Part shown: one piece after another, positions 28,832 through 37,030 of the stretch
How the letters are laid out: the number at the start of each line of letters is the position of its first letter
Position numbering within the stretch: the stretch's first letter is position 1
Source: Desulfobacteraceae bacterium
GTDB taxonomy: Bacteria; Desulfobacterota; Desulfobacteria; Desulfobacterales; JACKCP01
Assembly (NCBI GenBank): GCA_050253255.1
Contig: JBFWJK010000002.1
Coordinates: 1-52,675 of the forward strand
Length of the DNA stretch: 52,675 bases
Reading direction: 5' to 3'
Translations under genes and position numbers: made by a program
The notes under the pieces: generated by a model
What the model was told of the DNA's origin: nothing
The model's input: the letters and a program-made list of their open reading frames with translations, nothing else
Databases searched by the model: none

Positions 28832-29263
28832 TCACCCCTGCATTACTGATTCAGCCATCAGCTTTGATCTCACAAAAATTCCGCTTCCTCTTGCTATTTC
28901 GTTATTATCGCTGTCACACAGGACTGCTTCTGAAATAAACTGAGACCTGGTCTTGTTGACTACCCTGCCGTAAACCTTTAGAAAACCGGTTGAAACAGGC
29001 CTTGTAAAATATGTGGTAAAAGAGGCTGTTACAAGAAAATATTTATCTTCAAGTGAATTTGCAGCAAAATATGCGCCGTCATCAAGCATTTTAAAAAGTA
29101 CGCTTCCATGAACGAAACCGCCTGAATGAAAAAATTTTTTTTCTACTTTTATTTCAATTTCGCACAGACCTTCATTAATCCTGATTACAGGATTGTAAAA
29201 TTGATTGACCGGAGCTTTTTCATACATTTTTTCGAGTTTTTTAAAATGCTCTTCTTTCTTCAT
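28832..29263 (-). CDS. PaaI-type hotdog-fold thioesterase
   Basis: 143 aa. The segments NQFYNPVIRINEGLCEIEIKVEKKFFHSGGFVHGSVLFKMLDDG fit the PaaI/YbdB pattern. Confidence 0.75.
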   Translation of the reverse strand: MKKEEHFKKLEKMYEKAPVNQFYNPVIRINEGLCEIEIKVEKKFFHSGGFVHGSVLFKMLDDGAYFAANSLEDKYFLVTASFTTYFTRPVSTGFLKVYGRVVNKTRSQFISEAVLCDSDNNEIARGSGIFVRSKLMAESVMQG

Positions 29264-29449
29264 TTCTTCCTCAAAACTTAATTTTAAGTTAAAAAATTAA
29301 AAAATTTCTTCACATAATCTGAATTTCACATATATTATAAATCTGGCTTAAGCCAGTTTTTTATGAAAAGAACCAATAAACTACTGGAATTTATAAAATA
29401 TATTAAGTAATATTGTTTTTTTAATTTTAGAATTTAAACGGAGTATCTT

Positions 29450-30457
29450 TTGAAGCTTAAATGCCCCCATTGCAATAAAATTTATAACATCCCCGAAGAA
29501 AAAATACCTTCCAACCCAAACCTGAAAATCAAATGTCTTAAGTGTAAAGGAACAATCTCGCTTAAAGACGATATATTGCTTGAATTCAAAGAAACAGTCA
29601 GAGCACCTGATACTCAAAATTTAAAAAATACTAAAGAAACTATTCTGCAAAAAGCAAAGGCTTTACCTCCCATACCGGAAATACTTGCCAAGGCAAGGCA
29701 GATACTTACTGACGAAAACAGAGATATAAGAGATCTTGCAGAAGTTCTTGAAAAAGATCAGGCAATGACAGCAAGGATTCTGAAAATTGCCAATTCCGCA
29801 TATTATGCACTGAAAAGCCCTGTAAATTCAGTTCAGCAGGCCTGTATAATTCTTGGGTCAGATGTTTTACTCCAAATGATTACTTTGGCAAGCACTTCAA
29901 AACTTCTGGGAAAAGAACTTGCTGGGTATTCAATAAGCTCAGGCGAAGTATTCACCCATTCCACAGGAGTAGCATTCGCGTCAAGACTTATAGCTCTTAA
30001 GACAGACCCGTCACTTAATGCAGACGCTTTTTCAGCTGGCATACTTCATGATGCAGGAAAACTTCTGCTCGATGAAAGTCTCATAGAAATCAAGGAATAC
30101 TTTGTTTCAAAAGTATCTTCCGGAACTCCTGTCCATATTGCGGAAATGGAAATTTTCGGATTTGATCACTGTGAAATTGGATATGAATTTCTTCAGAAAT
30201 GGAATATTCCTGAAGCTCAGCTGAAAGCTGTAAGATATCATCACGAACCATCAAAATCAGGAAATGACCTGCTGTCTTTCATAGTTCACACAGCAAATCA
30301 GATCATGGATATGCCAATGGAACTTTCTGTCAGCGACAACCAATACATTGATCCTGATGCTTTCAAAATTCTTAAAATTACAGCTGAAGAACTGGAGCAG
30401 ATAAGAAAAGACGCATTTATTGCAACAGAGGAAGTTTTTCACGGATTCATTTCCTGA
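29450..30457 (+). CDS. MJ0042-type zinc-ribbon + HDOD domain protein
   Basis: N-terminus MKLKCPHCNKIYNIP...IKCLKCKG has two CxxC pairs. The HDOD core follows (LPPIPEILAKARQIL...ILKIANSAYYAL...AGILHDAGKLLL). TTG start with a GGAG Shine-Dalgarno sequence. Confidence 0.75.
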   Translation: MKLKCPHCNKIYNIPEEKIPSNPNLKIKCLKCKGTISLKDDILLEFKETVRAPDTQNLKNTKETILQKAKALPPIPEILAKARQILTDENRDIRDLAEVLEKDQAMTARILKIANSAYYALKSPVNSVQQACIILGSDVLLQMITLASTSKLLGKELAGYSISSGEVFTHSTGVAFASRLIALKTDPSLNADAFSAGILHDAGKLLLDESLIEIKEYFVSKVSSGTPVHIAEMEIFGFDHCEIGYEFLQKWNIPEAQLKAVRYHHEPSKSGNDLLSFIVHTANQIMDMPMELSVSDNQYIDPDAFKILKITAEELEQIRKDAFIATEEVFHGFIS

Positions 30458-30570
30458 AAACTTCATTAAGACAATTCAGCATAAAAAGGATTTTAACAGT
30501 TTATAATGCTGTACTTAGAAGAAATAACCCTGTTTTTTAAGAATTTTTTTGGGAAAATTAAAATCTTGTC

Positions 30571-30598
30571 TTGACTGAATCTTTGCATCTGGTATTTT
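30571..30598 (+). promoter_or_regulatory. Candidate sigma70 promoter with extended -10
   Basis: TTGACT (30571-30576), a 16-nt spacer, then TGGTATTTT (30590-30598). It lies between the HDOD gene and the activase operon. Confidence 0.35.
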
Positions 30599-30675
30599 GA
30601 AAGAAACTCTTTTTATTTTGATAAACATGGTTAACATAAAAATATGCCTTTAAAAAATATTTAGTTTCAAAACAG

Positions 30676-30728
30676 TTTTGCCTGAGCACTGCTTTGCCGG
30701 AGCACTGCTCAGGCAAAATTTTTTATTT
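30676..30728 (+). terminator. Strong intrinsic-terminator-like hairpin upstream of the activase operon
   Basis: 13-bp stem TTTTGCCTGAGCA / TGCTCAGGCAAAA (30676-30688 / 30706-30718) followed by TTTTTTATTT. The stem-loop contains the direct repeat GAGCACTGCT twice. Confidence 0.55.
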
Positions 30729-30737
30729 AGCCCTTCA

Positions 30738-30751
30738 ACTGGTCAACCAGT
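30738..30751. promoter_or_regulatory. Inverted repeat ACTGGT-CA-ACCAGT, a possible operator
   Basis: Perfect 6-2-6 inverted repeat located 12 nt upstream of the annotated activase start codon. Confidence 0.25.
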
Positions 30752-30762
30752 AAACCAAAACA

Positions 30763-32223
30763 ATGAGGCCGACAATGGAAAAGAAATTAATTAAACCAAG
30801 ACTGAATGAAACAAAAGAATTTGAAAGACTTCCTGGAAAAAAATCTGAGGTTTTTTTCAGGATCCCCTTCCTTTTCCTCGAAACTGCTGAAAAAAGACTA
30901 AAAGACGCCTGGGAGTGCGCTGAAAACATAATAAAATTTTTTGAAAGCAAAAATTTCAGAAAATCTGCATCTAAAGATTCTCTTTTTTTTGAATTAAATG
31001 ACAATTCAAAGGCAGAAATAACAGCTGATAATTCTGATTTATGGGTCAGAACAAGACTGGAAGACAATCAGAACCTGATTCAAGACCTTGAATATGAGAT
31101 TTTAAAACTAGACAGAAAATGCTTTAAGTATTTTTTAAAAGGCGGAGATGTCTGTGCCTTCACTTCAAAAAATAAGATATGGGAAGAAAGTCTGAAAGGA
31201 TATATAGGACTTGATGCAGGGTCCATATCAATAAACATTGCCTTTGTTGAAGAAAGCGGAGTTATTTTTGAAACAGAATACACTCTCACAGAAGGAGATG
31301 TAATAAACAACATCAAAAAAGGATTTACCAATCTTAAGAAAAATCTTCCGGCAAACACAACAATTCTTGGGTCAGGTGTAACCGGCAGCGGCCATGAAAT
31401 TTCTGCTTCACTTTTAAATGCAGATGTGTATGAGACAGAACTTGACGCACATGCTGAAGCAACTCTTCATATGCTCCCTGAAACACAGGTCATATTTGAT
31501 ATAGGAGGCCAGGACTCAAAGGTAATGTACATTGAGGACGGTGAACTTGACGAAGCAGGAATGAACAAAAAGTGCGGCGCCGGAACAGGAGCTTTTTTAG
31601 ATGCACAGGCAGACAGACTTGGAATTCCAATTGAAAAATTTGGTGAAACAGGACTTAAAGCTAAAAAGCCCTACTCTTTTTCCAGCATGTGTACAGTATT
31701 TGTCGGACGGGACTTAATTGCTGAGCAGGCAAAAGGAAATACCAAGGAAAATATAATAGCCGGACTTCACAGAAGTCTTGCAATGAACTTTTACTCAACT
31801 CTTGGGATCAACAAAAAAACTATAAAAACTCCAATTGCATTTCAGGGGGGGGTAGCTTCAAACTCAGGAGTAAAAAAAGCTCTTGAGGATCTCCTTTTTG
31901 AAGCAAGAGGAAAAAAAGTGGAGCTTTATATCCCCATGCATCATAAGGTAATGGGGGCAATCGGGATGGCACTTTTTGCAAAAGAAGAGCTTGAAGGAAG
32001 CCAGGGGAAATTCAGGGGAATTGAAACCATCTGCAAAATCAGATCTGATTTCACAGAGTGCTCAAAAGCAGAACAGCTTAACTGCAGGAAACAGATGCTC
32101 TGCGATCTTGTCCACTTATATATCGGGGATGAGGTAGTGGAAACACTTTATGCATGCGAGGAATATTCTGAATTTCTCGAAAATGAAAAAAACATTGAAC
32201 TTAAAGCCAATTTCGGAGGTTGA
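30763..32223 (+). CDS. BcrAD/BadFG-type [4Fe-4S] ATPase (2-hydroxyacyl-CoA dehydratase activase-like) with N- and C-terminal extensions
   Basis: ASKHA motifs GLDAGSISINIA, DIGGQDSK and FQGGVASN, plus cluster-type cysteines in KCGAGTGAFLD and SMCTVF. About 145 aa of unrecognised N-terminal sequence and about 70 aa of Cys-containing C-terminal sequence. Confidence 0.8.
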   Translation: MRPTMEKKLIKPRLNETKEFERLPGKKSEVFFRIPFLFLETAEKRLKDAWECAENIIKFFESKNFRKSASKDSLFFELNDNSKAEITADNSDLWVRTRLEDNQNLIQDLEYEILKLDRKCFKYFLKGGDVCAFTSKNKIWEESLKGYIGLDAGSISINIAFVEESGVIFETEYTLTEGDVINNIKKGFTNLKKNLPANTTILGSGVTGSGHEISASLLNADVYETELDAHAEATLHMLPETQVIFDIGGQDSKVMYIEDGELDEAGMNKKCGAGTGAFLDAQADRLGIPIEKFGETGLKAKKPYSFSSMCTVFVGRDLIAEQAKGNTKENIIAGLHRSLAMNFYSTLGINKKTIKTPIAFQGGVASNSGVKKALEDLLFEARGKKVELYIPMHHKVMGAIGMALFAKEELEGSQGKFRGIETICKIRSDFTECSKAEQLNCRKQMLCDLVHLYIGDEVVETLYACEEYSEFLENEKNIELKANFGG

Positions 32224-33275
32224 TTTTGAAAAAAACAGGATGGTTCTGCACTTATACTCCGGTTGAGCTGATACATGCCGCAAATGTCATACCTTTCGGA
32301 ATAAGAAAAGATTCCAGAGCTGAACATGAGGATGTGCTTCTTGGAGATTCAATGTGCTCATATGTAAGATCATGTATGGGAGGAGCACTTACAAATGCGT
32401 ATGACGATCTCAACGGGGTCGTGATTGCCCATTCATGCGAGTGCATGAGAAGACTTGCTGACGGCTGGATGTTCAGACAGGAACAGATAAAACCCAGGCT
32501 GATTCATATTCTTGATATTCCAAAAATAGTATCCGAGTCTTCAATAAAATTTTTTGCCGGCTCCCTCAAGAGACTCAAAAATGACCTTGAAAGCCATTAT
32601 GGGCCGATAAGCAATGAGAGTATCTTCGAGTCAATCGAAAAATACAAAATAACAAGAAGTCTTTTCAAAGAGGCAGACAATTTGCGCAAAGATATTTCCA
32701 CACCAGTTACAGGCATGGAAATCGAGGAACTGATGAATGATTATTTTGCAATGCCTGTTGAAGTCTTTAATGAAAAAATGAAAAAATTCATTGATTCAAA
32801 AAAAGGCATAAAAAGCTCAGGGTCAAAACCAAGAGTGATGGTGATCGGAGGTCCCGGTAACAAAAGTCTTGTAAAATCGATTGAAGATTCCGGCGGCATA
32901 TGCGTAGCCGAAAACATGTGTACAGGCTTAAGAGCATACTCAGGGTCATACGGTGATGAAAAAGACCCTTTTGAACTTCTCGCCAGGCTTTACCTTGAAA
33001 AAACACCCTGCCCCAGAATGCTTGGTGAAAAATCAAGACAGAAAACAAACGAACTTCCAAAAATCATTGATGAGTACAAAATAGACGGCATAGTTTATTT
33101 TTCAATGAAATTTTGTGCCAATATGCAGATGGACTGGGCGCTTTTAAAAAACGATACTGTTACAGACCTTCCCATGAAGGTGATAGAAGGTGACATCAGC
33201 TCAGAAATCAATGAACGGGAAATTTACTCTTTTATAAAAAGACTTAAAAAAAGAAAGAAAAAAAATGAGTCGTGA
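32220..33275 (+). CDS. 2-hydroxyacyl-CoA dehydratase / benzoyl-CoA reductase family subunit (HgdB/BcrC-like)
   Basis: The segments WFCTYTPVELIHAANVIPFGI, DSMCSYVRSCMG and AHSCECM fit the BcrC/BadD/HgdB family. TTG start overlaps the activase stop. Confidence 0.75.
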   Translation: MILKKTGWFCTYTPVELIHAANVIPFGIRKDSRAEHEDVLLGDSMCSYVRSCMGGALTNAYDDLNGVVIAHSCECMRRLADGWMFRQEQIKPRLIHILDIPKIVSESSIKFFAGSLKRLKNDLESHYGPISNESIFESIEKYKITRSLFKEADNLRKDISTPVTGMEIEELMNDYFAMPVEVFNEKMKKFIDSKKGIKSSGSKPRVMVIGGPGNKSLVKSIEDSGGICVAENMCTGLRAYSGSYGDEKDPFELLARLYLEKTPCPRMLGEKSRQKTNELPKIIDEYKIDGIVYFSMKFCANMQMDWALLKNDTVTDLPMKVIEGDISSEINEREIYSFIKRLKKRKKKNES

Positions 33276-34599
33276 AAATATAATAAAAGAAAATTCTGAA
33301 GCAAGGAAAGTTCAGCTCAAAAACTTTCTAAAAGCAAACGGACTTACTGATATCGAGCCTGCTGATGCTGTTAAGCTTGCATTTACAGCTCCATACGAAA
33401 CACTTTCACCTTCCGCAAAAAGGGGATATGTAAACACAAAACAGTTTTTCAATGCATACAACATGAACACTTCAGGTCAGGATGAATATCATCATGTTGC
33501 ATGGAGGTCTCTTTTTGTTCCAACTGAGCTTATGTATGCCATGAACCTTGTACCCTACACAACTGAAATGGTAGCATCCCAGCTTGCAATGTCCGGAGCG
33601 GCAAGAGAAAGAATTGAAACAGCTGAAGCTTCCAATTTTTCAGGGGATCTTTGCTCCTTCATGAAAACCGTTGCTGGAGGAGTAATTGAAAATATATTCC
33701 CAACTCCTGATATCCTTCTTACCTCAACCCACTTATGCGATCCCTCTGCAAAGTATGCCGAACTTGCATCACACATCTACAAACGGCCTGAATTTATCCT
33801 TGATATTCCTTACGGTATATATGATCTCAATATGAACCAAAAAGGGAGTGAAGATGAAAAGAGAATAAATGAAGCGGTAGAATATGTAACAGAACAGTTT
33901 CATGAAATGATCAGTTTTGTCACTGAAAATACAGGGCTTGAACTGGATCAGGAAAAGCTGAGAAAAATATGTGTCTGGACAAATGAGGCAAGAAGATATC
34001 TTGACGAGGGAAACAACATAATTTTATATGAAAGAACCTCCTCTAAAAAAGGCATACGGGAACTTGACTATGCTGCAAACCTCATGCAGACATGGGGTAC
34101 TGAGGAGATTGTTGATGTCTATAAATCAAGATATGAAGATTACAGAAAAAACCAGCATGAAAAAAGAGAAATAACTGTTCCAAGAATTGCATGGTTCCAT
34201 TTGAGACCTTACTTCAAGAATCTGCTTATGGATTACCTTGATGAAAAAATTGAAATTTCCGGATCTCAGGTAAATTTTGTCTTTTTTGACGACCTGGACC
34301 CTGATGACCCTGTAAGATCAATTGCAAGAAGGACAGTTATGCACCCTGCCTTTTCTTCTGTAATGGCAAGGACATCAATTGCAATTGAAAAAATTCCTGA
34401 AGATACTAGTGGAATAATTGCATATTACCCGAAGTCATGCAGACATTTCCACGGTGGCGCAATAATGGAAAATGAAATGTTCAAAAAAGCAGGAATTCCG
34501 ATTCTTACAATTGACGGCGACTGTGTAGATGACAGGGGGGACGATTTCCCAATTGTGAAAACAAGAGTGGACAGGTTCCTTAAAGCAATTTCCAGATAG
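33265..34599 (+). CDS. 2-hydroxyacyl-CoA dehydratase family subunit (HgdA/BcrB-like)
   Basis: The segments WRSLFVPTELMYAMNLVPY, GDLCSFMK, THLCDPS and YYPKSCRHFHGG fit the same family. Overlaps the preceding gene by 11 nt. Confidence 0.75.
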   Translation: MSRENIIKENSEARKVQLKNFLKANGLTDIEPADAVKLAFTAPYETLSPSAKRGYVNTKQFFNAYNMNTSGQDEYHHVAWRSLFVPTELMYAMNLVPYTTEMVASQLAMSGAARERIETAEASNFSGDLCSFMKTVAGGVIENIFPTPDILLTSTHLCDPSAKYAELASHIYKRPEFILDIPYGIYDLNMNQKGSEDEKRINEAVEYVTEQFHEMISFVTENTGLELDQEKLRKICVWTNEARRYLDEGNNIILYERTSSKKGIRELDYAANLMQTWGTEEIVDVYKSRYEDYRKNQHEKREITVPRIAWFHLRPYFKNLLMDYLDEKIEISGSQVNFVFFDDLDPDDPVRSIARRTVMHPAFSSVMARTSIAIEKIPEDTSGIIAYYPKSCRHFHGGAIMENEMFKKAGIPILTIDGDCVDDRGDDFPIVKTRVDRFLKAISR

Positions 34600-34654
34600 T
34601 TTTTACAGCGACTGACTTTCAAATCAGTCAGACAGACTTAAACAAAAATACACA

Positions 34655-34691
34655 TAAAAAAATAAGAGGCTTAACTCTGGTCAAGCCTCTT
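34655..34691 (-). terminator. Rho-independent terminator of the rubrerythrin-like gene
   Basis: 9-bp stem AAGAGGCTT / AAGCCTCTT (34664-34672 / 34683-34691). A T-run follows on the minus strand (34655-34663). Confidence 0.65.
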
Positions 34692-34741
34692 ATAATTTGT
34701 TTACCGGACACAAAATTGCTTTTTATAAAAACACAGACAAT

Positions 34742-35236
34742 TTACTTCTTCAGTTTATTCAGGAATCCATTCAGCTGAACAACGTGTCTTTGCTCTTCCT
34801 TGATTATTTCATTTATTTTATCCTGTCCCATTTTTTCAGGAACAAGATATAAAATCCCTACATAAAAAAGTATGGAATCCTTTTCAAGTCCTATGGCAGT
34901 ATTGATAATTTCCTCAATTGTTTCATCGCCGGTAAGAGCTTTGACTGCATCAGGACTGCCTTCTCCTCCATGATATTCCGCCATGGACATCAGATAATCT
35001 GTCAGTTCATTATCTGGATCAAATACTGTCTTTGCCTTTTCTGCATCTGAAAGCTCTTTTCTCATTTTTTCAAAAATTTCTTTATGAGTATCTTCCATAT
35101 TGGCAAGTTTTTCAAGAAACATTACATTTTGAGCATCTTCCTGAAGGCTTGCAGCCTTTCTGTAAAATTCAGCTCCGTTTTCTTCAATCTTTATTGCAAC
35201 CTGAAACACTTCATCAGCATTAAAATTATAAGACAT
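34742..35236 (-). CDS. Rubrerythrin/ferritin-like diiron protein
   Basis: Four-helix pattern with two E...ExxH pairs (EENGAEFY / MEDTH, and GLEKDSILFY / EEQRH). No rubredoxin domain. Confidence 0.7.
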   Translation of the reverse strand: MSYNFNADEVFQVAIKIEENGAEFYRKAASLQEDAQNVMFLEKLANMEDTHKEIFEKMRKELSDAEKAKTVFDPDNELTDYLMSMAEYHGGEGSPDAVKALTGDETIEEIINTAIGLEKDSILFYVGILYLVPEKMGQDKINEIIKEEQRHVVQLNGFLNKLKK

Positions 35237-35447
35237 TTTTTTCTCCCTTTTGATTTAGATTTTTAAAGGACTGAGACCGGATTTTTTAATTTAATATGAA
35301 ATATTTATTTTTCAATACCATATTACACAAATCATTTCCACCTAAACCGGGCTTTATATATTTTTTTAAAATCTTAAACCAGTATAAAACCAGCTGTTTC
35401 ACAGTGACAAAACAAAATTCAAATCACTTATCAGATCCGGTATTGAT

Positions 35448-36851
35448 TTAATCAGAAGAGTAGTGATTAATATATTTTTTTGAAACATATTCCAGCCTGA
35501 GTCCAAGAAAAATCCCTGAGACAGTAAGCCCGAAAATAAGACTGAGCCAGAATCCGTTTGCTCCCATTGGAGAAACAATCCAGTCCGTCATTGAAATTAC
35601 ATATCCTATTGGAAGAGTTATAACCCAGTATGCAGCAAAAGTGAGAATAAAGGTGACGTTTGCGTCTTTGTAGCCTCTCAAGCCGCTTTGAGCTATAACC
35701 ATCATTGCATCTGAAACCTGATAAAGCGCTGCGGTCTTCAGAAGAGAAACAGCAATATTTTTTACTTCCTGTTCATCAGTGTAAAATGATGCAATAAGCT
35801 CCGGACAGAATCTGGTAAAAAGAAGAGTGCAAACAGCAGCAGTCATTGCAAAACTGATTCCTGTCAGACATGAAAATCTTGCAGAGTGCGGATTCTTTTT
35901 TCCAATTTCATGCCCGGTTCGGATAGTAACAGCCATTCCGATGCTGAGGGGAAGAGAAAAAACCAGGGATGAGTAATTCAAAGTTATCTGATGGCCTCCA
36001 ACAACAGCCGGGCCAAGAACCCCTATAAACAAAGTTATGCATGCAAAAATACTGCATTCCATAAACAATGTCCCCCCAATTGGAATCCCAAGATAAAGAA
36101 TTTCCTTTATTCCCTGAAATTTTGGAAGCCTTATTTTTTTATATATTTTCATTCTTCTGACTTCTTTATCAATGAAATAATAAATAAGCATGAGTATAAA
36201 AAAAAGCCAGAAAGTAAGCCCTGTAGCAAGTCCGCACCCTGCCCCGCCCATTTCCCTGAACCCGAATCTGCCGTAAATAAGTGCGTTATTAGCAAAAAAA
36301 TTAAAAATCAGAGATATAAGAGATATAAACATTTCCGGTCTTGTTTTTCCAAACCCTTCAATAAATGATTTCAGACACAGGTATACAGAAACAGCCGGGA
36401 GTCCGGTTGAAATGCCGAATAAATAGCCCTTGACAACTTTTTTTACTTCAGAGTCCAGATTCATGAACTCCAGAATAAAATCAGGATTTATAAAAAGAGC
36501 AAACAGTACCGCAGCAAAAAAAAGGCCTATCCAGAGCGAGTCTGACAAAACTGAAACAGCTTTCTCCTCGTTTCCCGCTCCCTTATGCTGGGCTGTGATG
36601 GCAACAACCGCCATCATTATGCCGTTAAGTGAGATTACAAAAGGGAAAAAAAGACTTGAGCCTATGGCAACAGAAGCAAGAGCTGTCTTGTCATAATGAC
36701 CAGCCATTACAGTATCTATAAAGCCCATTGCAGTCATTCCAAGCTGAGTCATAAATATGGGGAGTGAAAGCATAAGAATAGATTTTAATTCATTGAAATA
36801 CCGGCTGAAGAAGCCTGGCCTGAAAAATAGAACTTTCATTGTTTCCTTCAA
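35448..36851 (-). CDS. MATE-family efflux transporter (NorM-like)
   Basis: 467 aa and 12-TM-like. The N-terminal segment LSLPIFMTQLGMTAMGFIDTVMAGH is typical of the MATE family. Confidence 0.85.
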   Translation of the reverse strand: MKETMKVLFFRPGFFSRYFNELKSILMLSLPIFMTQLGMTAMGFIDTVMAGHYDKTALASVAIGSSLFFPFVISLNGIMMAVVAITAQHKGAGNEEKAVSVLSDSLWIGLFFAAVLFALFINPDFILEFMNLDSEVKKVVKGYLFGISTGLPAVSVYLCLKSFIEGFGKTRPEMFISLISLIFNFFANNALIYGRFGFREMGGAGCGLATGLTFWLFFILMLIYYFIDKEVRRMKIYKKIRLPKFQGIKEILYLGIPIGGTLFMECSIFACITLFIGVLGPAVVGGHQITLNYSSLVFSLPLSIGMAVTIRTGHEIGKKNPHSARFSCLTGISFAMTAAVCTLLFTRFCPELIASFYTDEQEVKNIAVSLLKTAALYQVSDAMMVIAQSGLRGYKDANVTFILTFAAYWVITLPIGYVISMTDWIVSPMGANGFWLSLIFGLTVSGIFLGLRLEYVSKKYINHYSSD

Positions 36852-37030
36852 ATATACTTGAACTTCAAAGGACTAAAATCAATTTTTATCCTTTGAGTAA
36901 TACATAAGATTTATGAGATATCAAATATATTAAAAAGAAACAATCAATAAAATTCAATTTTCATCTCACAATAATTTTATCGAATTTTAGAAGATAATAT
37001 CTTGAATTTATTTAAAATTTTAAAACAGGA

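Noticed and set aside
30735-31067. A 110-aa minus-strand ORF opposite the N-terminal extension of the activase. It raised the possibility that the extension is not coding.
   Set aside because: The plus frame is open for about 145 codons upstream of the ATPase core in stop-rich AT-rich DNA, and it has no internal Met. The minus ORF has no Shine-Dalgarno sequence and a Ser/Leu/Phe-rich composition. I keep the extension as coding but flag the uncertainty.
34609-34633. Short hairpin CTGACT-N8-AGTCAG after the HgdA-like gene, considered as its terminator.
   Set aside because: It has only 6 bp of stem and no T-run. The nearby 34664-34691 hairpin is the convincing structure, and it is oriented for the minus-strand gene.
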